A stretch of DNA of 64,000 nucleotides from Gammaproteobacteria bacterium (GCA_024641505.1 JAHECY010000006.1:1512-65511); one strand, 5' to 3'; positions 47,791 through 63,695 are shown, counted from the stretch's first letter. Notes: generated from the letters alone by a model not told the origin. Made by a program: numbers and translations.

Positions 47791-50506
47791 TCTTACCGGA
47801 ACCGCAGGGGCACGGCTCATTACGTCCCACTTTACGGCCGTCGCGCACGAAGGGTTGCGCATGCTGGTCACCACCGTGGGCGCCGGCTTGCGCGGCGGCC
47901 GGCGGGGTTTGCCCACTCGGCGTCGCATCGGGTTCACCTGCCATGGCGGAGGCATCCGCATGCTGATATTGCATCTTGATGCGTTGCCGACGCTGCTCTT
48001 CCACCGCCTGCACATCTTCTTCCGCCCGCACCTGCACCCGCGACACCACCTGGATCACATCACGCTTGAGGCGATCCAGCATGTTGCCGAACAGCTCAAA
48101 TGCCTCCCGCTTATACTCTTGCTTGGGATTCTTCTGCGCGTAACCGCGCAGGCCGATGCCCTGGCGCAGATAATCCATTTGTGCCAGATGATCCTTCCAC
48201 AGGGAATCCACCACCTGCAACATGACCGCCTTCTCAAAATGACGCATGGTCGCCTTGCCCGCCAGCGCCTCCTTGTGCTTGAACGCTTCCACCAGCTCCT
48301 CAAGCATCTTTGCGCGCAGCGTTTCCTCATGCAGGCTATGATCTTCTTCCAGCCACTTGCGCACCGGCATGCGCGTTGAAAATTCCACTTCCAGCGCATC
48401 TTCCAGGCCTTTCAGATCCCACTGTTCTTCCAGGCTGTTGCGGGGAATATAAAGATTGATGACGTTATTCACCACGTCCTGGCGAATATTGATAATCGTC
48501 TCCGAGATATCCTCGGACGCCATGAGTTCGTCGCGTTTTTCATAGATCGCCTTACGTTGATCATTGGCGACATCATCATATTCCAGCAATTGTTTACGCA
48601 TGTCGAAGTTGCGCCCCTCAACCTTGCGTTGCGCATTCTCGATGGCCTTGGTAACCCAGGGATGCTCGATCGCCTCGCCCTCCTGCATGCCCAGTTTCTG
48701 CATCATCGAGGACACGCGCTCCGACGCGAAGATGCGCATGAGGTTATCCTGCAGGGAAAGATAAAAGCGGCTGGAACCCGGATCGCCCTGACGACCGGAA
48801 CGGCCGCGCAACTGGTTGTCGACGCGCCTTGATTCATGGCGCTCGGTGCCGACCACATGCAACCCGCCAGCCTGAATCACCTGATCATGACGTTGCTGCC
48901 ATGCGGATTTAATCTCCGCCATCGCGCTGGCTTCCACGCTTTCCTGACGCGCCAACTCCGCATCCAGGCTGCCGCCGAGCACGATATCGGTACCGCGACC
49001 AGCCATGTTCGTAGCGATCGTCACCGCACCCGGACGCCCGGCATTAGCGACGATTTCGGCTTCCCGGGCGTGTTGCTTGGCATTGAGCACTTCATGCTTG
49101 ATTTTCTTCTTGTCGAGCAGGGAAGACAGGTACTCAGATACTTCGATGGAAACCGTACCTACCAGTACCGGCTGGCCACGACTTTGGCATTCGGTGATGT
49201 CCTCGATGATGGCGTCGTACTTTTCATTGGCGGTCAGATAGATCAGATCGCCTTGATCCTTTCTGGCGATCGGGCGGTTGGTGGGAATCACCACTACTTC
49301 CAGACCGTAGATTTGCTGGAACTCGAAGGCCTCGGTATCGGCGGTACCGGTCATGCCCGAAAGTTTTTTATAGAGACGAAAATAATTCTGGAAGGTAATC
49401 GACGCCAGCGTTTGGTTTTCCGCCTGCACGTCCAATCCTTCCTTGGCCTCTACCGCCTGATGCAAACCGTCGGACCAGCGCCGTCCCGGCATGGTGCGCC
49501 CGGTGAACTCGTCGACGATAATGACCTGCCCGTCCTTGACGATGTATTCCACGTTTTTTTGAAATAACGCGTGCGCGCGCAATCCGGCGTACAAATGGTG
49601 CATGAGGGTGATATTGGCGGGATCGTAAAGACTCTCCCCTTCGCCGATGAGTCCCGCCTGCTCCAGCATTTCCTCGGCTTTCTGGTGACCATCCTCGGTA
49701 AGGTAGACCTGGCGCGCTTTTTCATCGACGCTGAAGTCACCAGGCCCGTCTTCCACTTCCTGCTTGACGAGATTCGGTACCAGTACGTTGACTTTCTTAT
49801 ACAACTCTGAACTTTCGTCGGAGGCGCCGGAGATAATCAACGGTGTGCGTGCTTCATCGATCAGTATCGAGTCCACTTCATCGACCACGGCAAAATTCAG
49901 ACCACGCTGCACTTTGTCGGCAATACTGAACGCCATATTGTCGCGCAGATAATCGAAGCCATATTCGTTGTTGGTGCCGTAGGTGATATCGGTGGCATAG
50001 GCGGCGCGTTTTTCTTCCGTGGATTGGCCGGACAGAATCACACCCACGGTCATCCCCAGGAAATTATAGATCTTGCCCATCCACTCGGCGTCACGTCGCG
50101 CCAGGTAGTCGTTGACGGTGATGACATGCACACCCTTGCCGGACAAGGCGTTGAGATATGCCGCCAACGTCGCCACCAGGGTTTTACCTTCACCGGTCGC
50201 CATTTCGGAAATCTTGCCGCTGTGCAACACCATGCCGCCAATGAGCTGAACATCAAAATGGCGCATGCCGAGCACGCGTTTACCCGCCTCACGCACTACT
50301 GCAAACGCTTCCGGCAACAAATCATCCAAGGTCGCGCCTTGGGCGATACGTTCCCTAAACGCCACGCTCTTGGACTGCAACTGGGCATCATCCAGCGCGG
50401 CAATTTCCTGTTCCAAGGCATTAATGCGCTCGACATTCTTGTACATCTGTTTGATCAGCCGTTCGTTACGGCTGCCAAAAATCGTTTTCAGGGCTTTTTG
50501 CAGCAT
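47759..50506 (-). CDS. secA: Preprotein translocase ATPase SecA
   Basis: Start at [23 protein letters not shown] (ATG at 50506; the ORF-track extension to 50710 is upstream read-through). DEAD motor motifs. C-terminal zinc tail [14 protein letters not shown]. Confidence 0.92.
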   Translation of the reverse strand: MLQKALKTIFGSRNERLIKQMYKNVERINALEQEIAALDDAQLQSKSVAFRERIAQGATLDDLLPEAFAVVREAGKRVLGMRHFDVQLIGGMVLHSGKISEMATGEGKTLVATLAAYLNALSGKGVHVITVNDYLARRDAEWMGKIYNFLGMTVGVILSGQSTEEKRAAYATDITYGTNNEYGFDYLRDNMAFSIADKVQRGLNFAVVDEVDSILIDEARTPLIISGASDESSELYKKVNVLVPNLVKQEVEDGPGDFSVDEKARQVYLTEDGHQKAEEMLEQAGLIGEGESLYDPANITLMHHLYAGLRAHALFQKNVEYIVKDGQVIIVDEFTGRTMPGRRWSDGLHQAVEAKEGLDVQAENQTLASITFQNYFRLYKKLSGMTGTADTEAFEFQQIYGLEVVVIPTNRPIARKDQGDLIYLTANEKYDAIIEDITECQSRGQPVLVGTVSIEVSEYLSSLLDKKKIKHEVLNAKQHAREAEIVANAGRPGAVTIATNMAGRGTDIVLGGSLDAELARQESVEASAMAEIKSAWQQRHDQVIQAGGLHVVGTERHESRRVDNQLRGRSGRQGDPGSSRFYLSLQDNLMRIFASERVSSMMQKLGMQEGEAIEHPWVTKAIENAQRKVEGRNFDMRKQLLEYDDVANDQRKAIYEKRDELMASEDISETIINIRQDVVNNVINLYIPRNSLEEQWDLKGLEDALEVEFSTRMPVRKWLEEDHSLHEETLRAKMLEELVEAFKHKEALAGKATMRHFEKAVMLQVVDSLWKDHLAQMDYLRQGIGLRGYAQKNPKQEYKREAFELFGNMLDRLKRDVIQVVSRVQVRAEEDVQAVEEQRRQRIKMQYQHADASAMAGEPDATPSGQTPPAAAQAGAHGGDQHAQPFVRDGRKVGRNEPCPCGSGKKYKQCHGTMA

Positions 50507-50855
50507 GATGATGCTATTTCCAGTCTGGTTGTACCGACTCCGGCCATGGCGGCTGAGTTTACCGGTTTGGTGAAAATCGGGAATTATATCAAAGGCTGGG
50601 GCAAAGATAATGTATAAATAATCCGCTCTATGTTCCGGTGGTCGTCGGCAATAACTCATGGCGGATCTAATGTCTGGAGCCGCAACTGCCATCGCTCGCC
50701 TCGACGCCACACCCGCGCCAGCTTAAGCATTTGTTTTCAACAGTATATTAACGTGCTGAGAGGGCGTCATGACGCCGTGGCCAACCTAAAAATTCGATCC
50801 GTGGAAACGAAACAGGGCCCTGGCGGGCCCTGTTGTGGCAAGAAACCGGCGAAGC

Positions 50856-51785
50856 TTAGTTTTCTTCCGCCTGCACGAAGCGCAACGGATTGATGGGATG
50901 GCCATTGCGCAGCACTTCATAATGCACATGGGGTCCCGTGGAACGACCGGTAGAGCCGATCAGAGAAATGACGTCCCCTTTTTTGACGGTATCCCCGACC
51001 TTAACAAGGACTTTACTGTTGTGGCCGTAGCGCGTGGTATAGCCTTTACCGTGGTTAATTTCCACCAGATTGCCATAACCATACCGGGCACCGGCCCAGG
51101 TCACGACGCCGGAAGCCACGGCGATCACATCGCCACCCTCGGGTCCGGCGAAATCGATGCCTTCGTGATAATCAGGCCGGCCGGTAAACGGATCGGTGCG
51201 TACGCCAAAATATGATGACAACCAACCCTTGGTGACGGGACGTCCCGATGGCTTGACCACCTGATCCACATTGCGGTTGATCAACATTTCTTCGAGCACC
51301 GCCAGTTGTTGATCACGATCTTCCAATTCCCGGGTCAAATTCTCCAAATCCAGCATAAAATTAGAAAAATTCGCCGATTCTGAGGCACCCGCATGGGCCG
51401 GTCCACCCACGGCGGGAGGGCTGCTAAAATCAAATTCTGTGGGATCAACCCCAGCCACTTTGCTCAAACGGTCACCCAGAGCATCCAGGCGAATCACATG
51501 GGATTGAAGCTGACCCAAACGGGACGCCAGGGCATTGATATTGTCGGTGGTCGATAATGACATTTCTTTGAGGTTTTTTTGTTGTTGTTTTAATTCTGAA
51601 CGAAACGCATGGTGCAATTCATCGGGAGAGTATACTGCATCGCGGGTACCGTACCAAAAACCGGCATACATCAAAGATCCTGGAATGATGACCAACCCTA
51701 ACAACGACATGACGAAGACGCTGCCGCGCCCCAATGTGACATGGCCGGAATGGCCTTTATGCTTGGTGATAAATATAATGTTCAT
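50856..51785 (-). CDS. M23 family metallopeptidase (murein DD-endopeptidase-like) with N-terminal TM and coiled coil
   Basis: C-terminal LytM/M23 motifs HEGIDFAG...GSTGRSTGPHVHYEV. Located between secA and lpxC as in Pseudomonas. Confidence 0.85.
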   Translation of the reverse strand: MNIIFITKHKGHSGHVTLGRGSVFVMSLLGLVIIPGSLMYAGFWYGTRDAVYSPDELHHAFRSELKQQQKNLKEMSLSTTDNINALASRLGQLQSHVIRLDALGDRLSKVAGVDPTEFDFSSPPAVGGPAHAGASESANFSNFMLDLENLTRELEDRDQQLAVLEEMLINRNVDQVVKPSGRPVTKGWLSSYFGVRTDPFTGRPDYHEGIDFAGPEGGDVIAVASGVVTWAGARYGYGNLVEINHGKGYTTRYGHNSKVLVKVGDTVKKGDVISLIGSTGRSTGPHVHYEVLRNGHPINPLRFVQAEEN

Positions 51786-51897
51786 GTTTACAGACCACCC
51801 TGAAAAGACCTAACCCACTTATGGGATTATGTCAGATAACATCCGAATTATCTTATACTTAATTTTAGTATCGGCCTCAACCAATCAAACCTAAGAT

Positions 51898-52305
51898 ATG
51901 ACTCGTCAGATTGCCACGTATTTCACGAAAAACGAAAACAATTTAAATATTATTGTTTTACGAGCCAACAAATTGCGCAAGGTACAGCAATTATTCCTGA
52001 ACAGCCTTGAACCCGGCTTAAGAAATCATGTCAGATTGGCGGCGATTGACCAGACAAGCGCATTGATCATGGCAGACTCGCCCGCACAAGCCCATCAGCT
52101 TCACTTCAACACAATGAAATTATTGGATATTTTCGCTACCATACCAGAGACCCGGCATATTAGCAAAATTCGGGTGAAAACGGGATATTGGCCGACCGAC
52201 GAGAATCCCGGCATGGCTCCACCCCCCACCGGCTCGCCATCACGGCCATCGTTTGCTGCTCAGCGGCAACGACTCAAGGCGCTTCTCAGCAAATCCTCTA
52301 AATAA
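51898..52305 (+). CDS. Small conserved hypothetical protein (possibly DUF721-type)
   Basis: 135-aa ORF divergent from the M23 peptidase. The family call is tentative and based mainly on position. Confidence 0.4.
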   Translation: MTRQIATYFTKNENNLNIIVLRANKLRKVQQLFLNSLEPGLRNHVRLAAIDQTSALIMADSPAQAHQLHFNTMKLLDIFATIPETRHISKIRVKTGYWPTDENPGMAPPPTGSPSRPSFAAQRQRLKALLSKSSK

Positions 52306-52324
52306 TTAGAGATTAGACTCACTC

Positions 52325-52348
52325 CCGAGGGGTACACCCTCGGGGGGG
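52325..52348. terminator. Bidirectional hairpin terminator between hypothetical gene and lpxC
   Basis: ccgaggggtacaccctcggg is a perfect stem-loop in a convergent intergenic region. Confidence 0.5.
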
Positions 52349-52365
52349 GAAGGCATTAACTACAA

Positions 52366-53280
52366 TCAGGAAATCGCCATTGACGGGTGGGAAAAGGAAA
52401 TGGGCACGGGGTCTTCTTCCAGGTAAGTCGCCACTTCCCAGGCGGATTCATCGGCCAGCAGCTGACGCAACAAACGATTGTTCAGCTCGTGGCCGGATTT
52501 GTATCCACTGAAGGCGCCAATCAAGCTGTTGCCGAGGAGATACAAGTCACCTATAGCGTCCAGTACCTTATGCTTGACGAATTCATCTTCATAGCGCAGA
52601 CCGTCTTCGTTCAGTACCCGATAATCATCCAGCACCACGGCGTTGTCCAAGGTTCCCCCCAGCGCCAGATTGTGAGCACGCAGGTATTCATAATCTTTCA
52701 TGAACCCGAAGGTACGTGCACGACTGACTTCCTTAACGAAGGAAGTAGTGGAGAAATCAATGCTGGCATCCTGGCTGCGACTTTTGAACACGGGATGCTC
52801 AAAATCGATCTTGATCGATACTTTAAAGCCATCAAAGGGCTCGAAACGCGCCCATTTATCACCCTCTTCCACCGTGACCGAGCGCTTGATACGGATAAAA
52901 CGCTTGGGTGCGTTCTGTTCCTCAATACCGGCGGATTGCACCAGGAATACGAACGGCCCGGCGCTGCCATCCATGATGGGCACTTCTGGCGCGCTCAGAT
53001 CCACGTAGGCATTGTCGATACCCAAGCCCGCGAACGCCGACAACAGATGCTCCACGGTGGAAATTTTCACTCCATCCTTGGCCAACGTTGTGGAAAGCTG
53101 CGTGTCACCGACATTTTCCGGTGTCGCCTTGATTTCCACCGGGGGATCCAGGTCCACCCGTCGGAAAATAATTCCCGCATCCGCCGCTGCCGGACGAAGC
53201 GTAAGATACACCTTCTCACCGGTATGCAGCCCAACTCCCGTTGCACGAATAGCATTCTTGAGGGTTCTTTGCTTAATCAT
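52366..53280 (-). CDS. lpxC: UDP-3-O-acyl-N-acetylglucosamine deacetylase LpxC
   Basis: MIKQRTL...[18 protein letters not shown]...HELNNRLL. 304 aa. Confidence 0.92.
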   Translation of the reverse strand: MIKQRTLKNAIRATGVGLHTGEKVYLTLRPAAADAGIIFRRVDLDPPVEIKATPENVGDTQLSTTLAKDGVKISTVEHLLSAFAGLGIDNAYVDLSAPEVPIMDGSAGPFVFLVQSAGIEEQNAPKRFIRIKRSVTVEEGDKWARFEPFDGFKVSIKIDFEHPVFKSRSQDASIDFSTTSFVKEVSRARTFGFMKDYEYLRAHNLALGGTLDNAVVLDDYRVLNEDGLRYEDEFVKHKVLDAIGDLYLLGNSLIGAFSGYKSGHELNNRLLRQLLADESAWEVATYLEEDPVPISFSHPSMAIS

Positions 53281-53533
53281 GGATTTCTTCTACTTAATAT
53301 CTATAGTGGGCCAGTATGGATTGCGCGATTCTAGCACAAGGATCTTGTCATGAATACAACACATATTTACGGATTTACAACACTTAAATCCTGGTCCTAT
53401 TATCGTCAAATTCCACGCCCGGATTAACTGTTAATAGTGTTAACCCGGTCACATACTCTATATATAGACCCACTCTATACGCCCATTTAACTGTTCATCG
53501 ATGCTAACCCTCTCATTTTATTGAAATCGTTGT

Positions 53534-54688
53534 TCAATCAGCCTGACGGCGCAAGAACGCAGGCACGTCCAGATAGTCCAGACTGGTGTCACGGTTCTTG
53601 TTGTATTGTTTCGACACATCCCGACGGATCACCGTGGGTCGATCCAGCTTGTCATAATCCACAAGACCATTAGTGCCATTTTGCACCAATTTCACTGGTT
53701 TGGATTCTTTGTGAACATCCTTGGCGGTTTTCTCCACCCCGAGACCGGTCGCCACCACCGTTACCCGCAATTCATCCTGCATGCTGGGATCAATGACGGT
53801 GCCGACCACCACGGTGGCGTTGTCGGAAGCGTATTCCTTCACCGCCAGACCCACTTCTTCGAATTCACCGATGGCGAGATTGAGACCCGCGGTGATATTC
53901 ACCAGCACGCCATGCGCCCCTTGCAGATTGATGTCCTCAAGCAGTGGGCTGCGAATGGCTTTTTCCGCCGCTTCCCGGGCCCTGCCATCACCGTGCGCAC
54001 TGCCGGTACCCATCATGGCCATACCCATTTCCGACATCACGGTGCGTACATCGGCGAAGTCCACATTGATCAACCCGGGACGGGTAATCAACTCCGCGAT
54101 ACCCTGCACGGCGCCCAGCAGCACATCGTTGGCGGCCTTGAACGCATCCAGCAAACTGATGTTCTTACCCAACACCGAAAGCAACTTGTCATTGGGAATC
54201 GTGATCAGGGAATCCACATGTTCCGACAACTGCCGAATGCCCAGATCGGCCGCGGCCATGCGTTTGCGGCCTTCAAAGGGAAACGGCTTGGTAATGACCG
54301 CGACCGTGAGGATACCCATGTCCTTGGCGATTTGTGCCACCACCGGTGCACCGCCGGTACCGGTACCACCGCCCATGCCGGCGGTAATGAACAGCATATC
54401 CGCGCCAGTGATGATTTCCGCGATGCGATCGCGATCCTCCAGAGCCGCCTGACGTCCGACTTCGGGATTGGCGCCGGCACCAAGACCCTTGGTGATACTG
54501 CTGCCCAATTGCATGATCACTTTGGACGAGGCATTTTTCAGCGCTTGCGCGTCGGTATTGGCGCAAATAAAATCGACACCCTCGATATTAGCCTGCACCA
54601 TGTGTTCCACGGCGTTACCACCGCCACCGCCAACGCCGATGACTTTGATAACCGCGTTCTGGGTATATGCATCCATTAATTCAAACAT
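53534..54688 (-). CDS. ftsZ: Cell division GTPase FtsZ
   Basis: [10 protein letters not shown] tubulin signature and GGGTGTG. 384 aa. Confidence 0.95.
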   Translation of the reverse strand: MFELMDAYTQNAVIKVIGVGGGGGNAVEHMVQANIEGVDFICANTDAQALKNASSKVIMQLGSSITKGLGAGANPEVGRQAALEDRDRIAEIITGADMLFITAGMGGGTGTGGAPVVAQIAKDMGILTVAVITKPFPFEGRKRMAAADLGIRQLSEHVDSLITIPNDKLLSVLGKNISLLDAFKAANDVLLGAVQGIAELITRPGLINVDFADVRTVMSEMGMAMMGTGSAHGDGRAREAAEKAIRSPLLEDINLQGAHGVLVNITAGLNLAIGEFEEVGLAVKEYASDNATVVVGTVIDPSMQDELRVTVVATGLGVEKTAKDVHKESKPVKLVQNGTNGLVDYDKLDRPTVIRRDVSKQYNKNRDTSLDYLDVPAFLRRQAD

Positions 54689-54721
54689 GTTTTGACCTCC
54701 ACTTGAGATGAGTGATGTGCG

Positions 54722-55940
54722 TCAGAAATTGCCTTTAAACCAATTCACCATACGCTGGAAAATTCCTTCCAAACCCGCATTACTTGGGTAATCCTGCCGC
54801 CGTTCTTCCTTGTGTTGAAGCCCGCATAACAGCAATCCCACGCCGGTGGCATGAATGGGATTCCTGACGACATCGACCAAACCAGTAACATACTGCGGAA
54901 TGCCAAGACGAACCGGCATGTGAAATACCTCCTCGGCCAGATCGATCAGACCTTCGATCTTGGCGCTGCCCCCGGTAACCACAACACCGGCGGCACACAT
55001 ATCCTCGAAACCACTGCGGCGCAATTCCGATTGCACCAACGACAACAACTCCTCGTATCTCGGCTCCACGACTTCCGCCAGGGTCTGCCGTGCCAGACGC
55101 CGTGAGGCACGATCACCGACACCGGCGACTTCGATGGTCTCGTCCGGGCTGGCGAGTTGCGTCAACGCGCACGCGTACTTGACCTTGATCTCCTCCGCAT
55201 GCTGGGTGGGTGTGCGGAGCGCGATGGCGATATCATTGGTCACCTGATCACCGGCGATGGGAATTACCGCGGTATGCTTGATCGAACCCTCGGTGAACAC
55301 CGCGATATCCGTGGTGCCACCACCGATATCCACGAGGCACACACCCAGCTCCTTCTCGTCTTCCGTCAGCACCGAATAGCTGGACGCCAGTTGCTCCAGA
55401 ATTATGTCTTGCACTTCCAGACCGCAGCGGCGCACGCATTTGATGATATTCTGCGCGGCGCTCACGGCGCCGGTCACCAGATGCACCTTGGCCTCCAGGC
55501 GCACGCCGGCCATGCCGATAGGATCACGGATGCCTTCCTGATTATCGATCACGAACTCCTGGGGCAGGATATGCAAAATTTTCTGATCCGCAGGAATCGC
55601 CACCGCGCGCGCCGCGTCAATGACGCGATCGACATCGCTCTGGCTGACTTCCTTGTCCCGAATGGCGACGATGCCATGGGAATTAAGACTGCGAATATGA
55701 CTGCCGGCGATACCGGCATACACGGAGCGAATCTGGCAACCGGCCATCAACTCCGCCTCCTCCACCGCGCGCTGAATCGACTGCACCGTGGAATCGATAT
55801 TTACCACCACGCCCTTTTTCAGGCCCCGCGAGGGATGGGACCCGATGCCGATGATCTCCACCTCGTTGTCCGGCGTAATCTCACCGGCGATCGCCACCAC
55901 TTTCGAGGTACCTATATCCAACCCCACGATCAGATTCTTG

Positions 55941-55957
<17 letters not shown>
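54722..55957 (-). CDS. ftsA: Cell division protein FtsA
   Basis: Start at MSKKADKNLIVGLDIGTSKV (ATG at 55957). Actin-like ATPase motifs. Confidence 0.9.
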
Positions 55958-58534
<2,577 letters not shown>

Positions 58535-58538
<4 letters not shown>

Positions 58539-59977
58539 GTGACCTTATCCGCGAGAGCTTCCGGCAGCCGCAGAGATGCCGCGCCGATATCCCCCGCGCC
58601 CATGGTCAGCACCACATCACCACCTTCGACGATGTCTGCCAGCGTAGCCGCCAAAGCATCCGTGCCTTCAACAAAAATCGGCTCCACATGGCCGCGGGTG
58701 CGAATCGCGCGACACAGCGCACGACTGTCGGCACCGGCGATCGGCTCCTCGCCGGCGGCGTAAACTTCCAGCACCAGCAGCGCATCGGCTTCGGAAAGAG
58801 TGATAGTGAAGTCCTCGAACAAATCACGGGTGCGCGTGTAGCGATGCGGCTGGAATACCACCACCAGACGACGCGAGGGCCACACTTGACGCGCGGCGGC
58901 GATGGTGGCGGCGACTTCCCGCGGGTGATGGCCATAGTCATCGACAAAGGTGACGGTCGCTCCACGCACCGTGACATCGCCGTTGATCTGAAAACGCCGG
59001 TTAATGCCTTGAAACTCCTTGAGAGCCTTGCATATCGCGGCATCAGCGACGCCGATTTCCCGGGCGATGGTGATTGCCGCCAGGGCGTTCAATACATTGT
59101 GCTTGCCCGGCAAATTCAGTTGCACCTGCAAGGCTTGTGTTTGATCGCGCCATTGCACCTGAAAACGCGAGCCCATGCCGCTATATTCCACATTCACCGC
59201 CCGCACTTCCGCTTCCTCCGAGAAGCCATACCCCAGGACGGGTCGCGCCATGCGCGGCCGCAAGTCACTGATCACCGCATCGTCCTGGCAGACCACCGCC
59301 AGTCCGTAGAATGGCAGGTGATGGATGAATTCCAGAAAGGTGTTGATGAGACTGTCAAAATCACCGTAGGTTTCCATGTGATCGGCGTCAATATTGGTGA
59401 CCACTGAAATCATCGGTTGCAGATACAGGAACGAGGCATCACTTTCGTCCGCTTCCGCCACCAGGTATTCACTCTCGCCCAGGCGCGCATTGGCGCCCGC
59501 GCTGTTAAGCCGGCCGCCGATCACAAATGTGGGGTCGAGACCACCTTCCGCCAGGATGCTGGTGACCAGAGAAGTGGTGGTGGTCTTGCCATGAGTGCCG
59601 GCGACCGCAATTCCAAAACGAAAGCGCATCAACTCCGCGAGCATTTCCGCCCGTGGTACGATCGGAATGCGGCGTTCGTGCGCCGCGGTCACTTCCGGAT
59701 TACGATCGTTGACCGCCGACGACACCACCACCGCGTCCGCCTGTAAAATATTTTCCGCCCGATGGCCGATGCTGATCTGCGCGCCGGCCTGACGCAGGCG
59801 TTGCACCGCCGGACTTTCCTTGACATCGGATCCGGACACCTTGTAGCCCATGTTCAGCAACACTTCCGCAATGCCGCTCATGCCCACGCCGCCAATGCCC
59901 ACAAAGTGCAGTTGCTGGATACGGCGCATCGCCACCGCCCGGGTTTGGCGCACCGGCTTGGCAGGTGTGTTAGTCAT
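58535..59977 (-). CDS. murC: UDP-N-acetylmuramate--L-alanine ligase MurC
   Basis: [15 protein letters not shown] and [11 protein letters not shown] motifs. 480 aa. Confidence 0.9.
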
Positions 59978-61116
59978 ACTTCGCCTCCCGAGGAAGAAAC
60001 CTGCGCTTGCGGCAGATAAACATTACATTCCCGCGCCACACACGCGGTGGCATCGGTGATCGCCCGGGCGCGTGCCGCCTGAGCCATGCTCAGCAGACGG
60101 CGGCGACCGGACAACGCATCCAGCACATAAGGCAACAACATTTGATGCAGCGATGCCGCGCTCAGCGCGGTCTGCGCCAACAGTAACGCGGCGCCATGCT
60201 CCGAAAGATAACGAGCGTTTGCGGACTGGTGATCGTCCACCGCGTGCGGATACGGTACCAGGATCGCACCCACGCCCACCGCCGCTAATTCGGCGACGGT
60301 CAAGGCGCCGGCGCGGCACACCACCAGATCCGCCCAGGCATAGCGCTCCGCGACATTTTCAATGAATGCCACGGTTTCGCCGGCAACGTTTGCGGCCTGA
60401 TAGTGACGCGCCGTTTCCGCGTCGCGATCCCGTCCACATTGATGATAAACAATCGGTCGCTGCTCCGGTGCGAATAAAGCCAGCGCTTTCGGTACCCATT
60501 CATTCAGCGCCACGGCGCCCAGACTGCCGCCCATTACCAACAAACGCAACGCACCGCTGCGCCCGGCGAACCGTTGCTCCGGCGTCGGGGTGGCGATCAG
60601 ATCGGCACGAACCGGATTGCCTACGGTCAGCACTTTACGTCGTGCGGGAAAGGTATTGGGAAACGCTTCCAGCACTTTTACCGCTAACCGCGCCAGAATC
60701 CGGTTGGTCATGCCGCTAATGGCGTTTTGCTCATGAATCAACAATGGCCGGCGCAACAGCCAGGCGGCGACACCGCCGGGAGCGGATGCGAACCCCCCCA
60801 GCCCGAGCACCACGTCCGGATTAATGTTGCGCACCGCGCCCACTGCCTGACTCACGGCGACCAGAATCTTGAAGGGCGCCAACAGCAAGGTAACCAGCCC
60901 TTTACCACGCAGACCGCCAAACGCGATTACATGCAAAGGAAAGCCCGCCGCGGGTACCACCCGCGCTTCCAGGCCGTGAGCGGTACCCAGCCAGAAGCAG
61001 TCATTACCCTGTTGCTGCAAATACTGCGCGACCGCTAACGCCGGGTAGATGTGCCCCCCGGTGCCACCGGCCATGATCAACACTCTGCCACGTCGCGCTG
61101 TCGTCATAACGACCAC
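59974..61116 (-). CDS. murG: UDP-GlcNAc:undecaprenyl-PP-MurNAc-pentapeptide GlcNAc transferase MurG
   Basis: [18 protein letters not shown]-loop. 380 aa. Confidence 0.9.
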   Translation of the reverse strand: MVVMTTARRGRVLIMAGGTGGHIYPALAVAQYLQQQGNDCFWLGTAHGLEARVVPAAGFPLHVIAFGGLRGKGLVTLLLAPFKILVAVSQAVGAVRNINPDVVLGLGGFASAPGGVAAWLLRRPLLIHEQNAISGMTNRILARLAVKVLEAFPNTFPARRKVLTVGNPVRADLIATPTPEQRFAGRSGALRLLVMGGSLGAVALNEWVPKALALFAPEQRPIVYHQCGRDRDAETARHYQAANVAGETVAFIENVAERYAWADLVVCRAGALTVAELAAVGVGAILVPYPHAVDDHQSANARYLSEHGAALLLAQTALSAASLHQMLLPYVLDALSGRRRLLSMAQAARARAITDATACVARECNVYLPQAQVSSSGGEV

Positions 61117-62303
61117 CCTTTGCGGCGCACCGGCTGCTCAGCCATGCGGTTCTCCATGTCGACACGCACCACGAACGCCGCGGCAACGCACATCACCACC
61201 ACAGAGGTACCGCCATAGCTCATCAGCGGTAAGGTTAGGCCCTTGGTCGGAAGCACGCCCATGTTGACACCGATATTGATCAGCACCTGAATACCAAACC
61301 AGATCGCCACGCCGTTCACCGCATGGGTACTGAACGCGTCCTGTCGCCGTTGCGCTTCCATGGCAATCGCGAACATGCGCGCCAACAACACCGCGAAGGT
61401 GGCGATCACCAGCACCAGACCCACCAGACCCAGCTCCTCGGCGAGAATTGCCAGCACGAAATCCGTATGGGGTTCCGGCAAATACAGCAATTTCTGAACA
61501 CTGTTACCCAGACCCACGCCAAACCATTCGCCGCGTCCGAAAGCGATCAGCGCCTGCGTCAACTGAAATCCGCTGTCGAACGGATCGGCCCAGGGATCAA
61601 GGAACCGCGTCACCCGCTCCAGGCGATAGGGGGCCGCCAGCACCAGCGCCACACCAGCCGCCAGCGCCATCAGGAAAATACCCATGAAGTAGCGCAAGCG
61701 TGCGCCGGCAATAAACAACATGCACAGCACTGTGGTCAACGTCACTACCATGGCGCCGAAATCCGGCTCCAGCAGCAGCAGGCCCGCCGCGACCGCGGCC
61801 ACCAGAAACGGTTTGAAAAAACCGCCAAATGTCTCCCGCTCTTCACCGTGCCGGCGCGCCACATAGTCGGCGATATACAGGATCAAAAACCATTTCATCA
61901 GCTCCGACGGCTGCAAGCGGAAGATACCCAGATCCAGCCACCGATAGCTGCCATTCACGTGCACACCCAGCCCCGGCACCAGCACCAGGATCAGCGCCAG
62001 CGCGCCCAACACCAGCAATACCGGCGATAACTTCTGCCAAACTTTGATGCTGACGCGCGTCACCCCCAAGGCCAGCGCCAAACCCAGCACTACGTAATAA
62101 ATTTGCTTGCGCGTGAAGTACAGGGCATCGCCGTAATTACGGTCCGCCAGCGGCATCGACGCGGTCGTCACCATCAATACCCCCAGCGCCAGCAGCAGCA
62201 GTATCGCGCCCACCAGATAGATGTCGAGCGCCGGCGCCGCAACGCGCGCCACGTCATGATCGGCAAGGGATCCAGGCAACCGTTGCACCGCTGCTTTCGC
62301 CAT
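61104..62303 (-). CDS. ftsW: Peptidoglycan glycosyltransferase FtsW (SEDS family)
   Basis: 399-aa polytopic protein with a SEDS-type body. Position murD-ftsW-murG. Confidence 0.9.
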   Translation of the reverse strand: MAKAAVQRLPGSLADHDVARVAAPALDIYLVGAILLLLALGVLMVTTASMPLADRNYGDALYFTRKQIYYVVLGLALALGVTRVSIKVWQKLSPVLLVLGALALILVLVPGLGVHVNGSYRWLDLGIFRLQPSELMKWFLILYIADYVARRHGEERETFGGFFKPFLVAAVAAGLLLLEPDFGAMVVTLTTVLCMLFIAGARLRYFMGIFLMALAAGVALVLAAPYRLERVTRFLDPWADPFDSGFQLTQALIAFGRGEWFGVGLGNSVQKLLYLPEPHTDFVLAILAEELGLVGLVLVIATFAVLLARMFAIAMEAQRRQDAFSTHAVNGVAIWFGIQVLINIGVNMGVLPTKGLTLPLMSYGGTSVVVMCVAAAFVVRVDMENRMAEQPVRRKGWSL

Positions 62304-63691
62304 CAGCCGCCTCCACCGATATAGTGCTGCACCTGCTGGACAAAATCCCTGCCTCGATGTTCATAGTTGTCATACATATCGAAACTCGCGCAGGCGGGCG
62401 ACAGCAGCACGCAATCGCCGGTTTGCGCCAGGGAAGCAGCGGCGCGCACTGCCTGCGTCATGTTCTCCGCGCTCACCGTATTGACATGCGCGCTCAACAC
62501 CGCGCCGATGCGCGGCCCGTCGCGGCCAATCAACACCAGGGCGCGCAAACGCGGCGCGAGTTGCGACAGCGCGGAAAAATCCGCGCCTTTGCCGTCACCG
62601 CCGGCAATCAATACTACCGGTCGGTCCATACCGGACACCGCCGCCAGCGTGGCGCCGACATTGGTGCCTTTGGAATCGTTATACCAATCGACACCGCGAC
62701 AGCTACCCACCCAGTTGGTGCGATGCGGTAATCCACCGTAGCCGCGCAACGCTGCCAGCATGCGTGGCATCGGCAAACCGAAAGCATTACCCAGTGCCAG
62801 CGCCGCCAGGGCGTTGGCGTGATTGTGTTTGCCTTTCAGTTTCAGTTCGCTGACCGGCAACAATGCGCTGTTACCATGACACAACCAGGTAACGCCGCCG
62901 ATCTCGCGCACCCCGAAATCACCCGCCTCGGGCGGTTGCAGGGTAAAACCGACAGTAGCGCGCCCGGGCTCCGCCAGGGCTGCCACCATCGGATCATCAC
63001 GGTTCAACACCACCACGCCCTGCCCCTGAAACACCCGCCGCTTGGCGGCAAGATAGTCCTGGATGTCCTGATAGCGATCCATATGATCTTCGGTAATATT
63101 CAAGATGGTCGCCGCCACCGCGTTCAAGGAATAGGTGGTCTCCAGTTGAAAACTCGACACCTCCAGCACATAGAGTTCCGTGGCGATGGCACCAGCGGCG
63201 TCGGCCCACGGCAGTAAATCCAGAGCCGGGGTGCCAATATTGCCCCCCACCTTGACGTGCACACCACAATGCGCGGCAAGCACTCCCAGCAAATCCGTGA
63301 CCGTGCTCTTGCCATTGGTGCCGGTAATGGCGATTACCGGCGCGTCGGCCGCGCGCGCGAACAACTCGATATCACCAACGATGGACTTGCCGGCCTGGGC
63401 CGCCTCCCGCAGTGCCGGCGTCGCCAGAGAAATTCCCGGTGATACGATCAGCTCCTGAGCCGCGGCCAGCGCGCCGGCATCAAAACCGCCGAGGAAACAC
63501 GGCACTTCAGTGAATTCATGGCGAAATCCCGCCAGATCCGGCGGCTGTTGCCGGGAATCGCTCACCGCGAACGCAACGCCGGTGGCTCGCAAATAACGCG
63601 CGCACGAGCGCCCGGTCTTACCCAGACCCAGGATCAGCGTACCCGGCAGTGCGTCGTCGTGTGTTTGCATAAGAGCCTCGGCTATTGGCAC
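62303..63691 (-). CDS. murD: UDP-N-acetylmuramoylalanine--D-glutamate ligase MurD
   Basis: ILGLGKTGRS and GTNGKSTV Mur ligase motifs. 462 aa. Confidence 0.9.
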   Translation of the reverse strand: MPIAEALMQTHDDALPGTLILGLGKTGRSCARYLRATGVAFAVSDSRQQPPDLAGFRHEFTEVPCFLGGFDAGALAAAQELIVSPGISLATPALREAAQAGKSIVGDIELFARAADAPVIAITGTNGKSTVTDLLGVLAAHCGVHVKVGGNIGTPALDLLPWADAAGAIATELYVLEVSSFQLETTYSLNAVAATILNITEDHMDRYQDIQDYLAAKRRVFQGQGVVVLNRDDPMVAALAEPGRATVGFTLQPPEAGDFGVREIGGVTWLCHGNSALLPVSELKLKGKHNHANALAALALGNAFGLPMPRMLAALRGYGGLPHRTNWVGSCRGVDWYNDSKGTNVGATLAAVSGMDRPVVLIAGGDGKGADFSALSQLAPRLRALVLIGRDGPRIGAVLSAHVNTVSAENMTQAVRAAASLAQTGDCVLLSPACASFDMYDNYEHRGRDFVQQVQHYIGGGG

Positions 63692-63695
63692 GTGG

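Noticed and set aside
50507-50855. Possible secM-like leader ORF upstream of secA (the ORF-track secA extension to 50710, and ORF 50630-50893 +)
   Set aside because: No FxxxxWIxxxxGIRAGP-like arrest motif and no convincing small ORF. Treated as a non-coding intergenic or promoter region.
53606-54679. 357-aa plus-strand ORF (and the 53721-54452 ORF)
   Set aside because: Antisense to ftsZ, which shows the tubulin signature motif on the minus strand.
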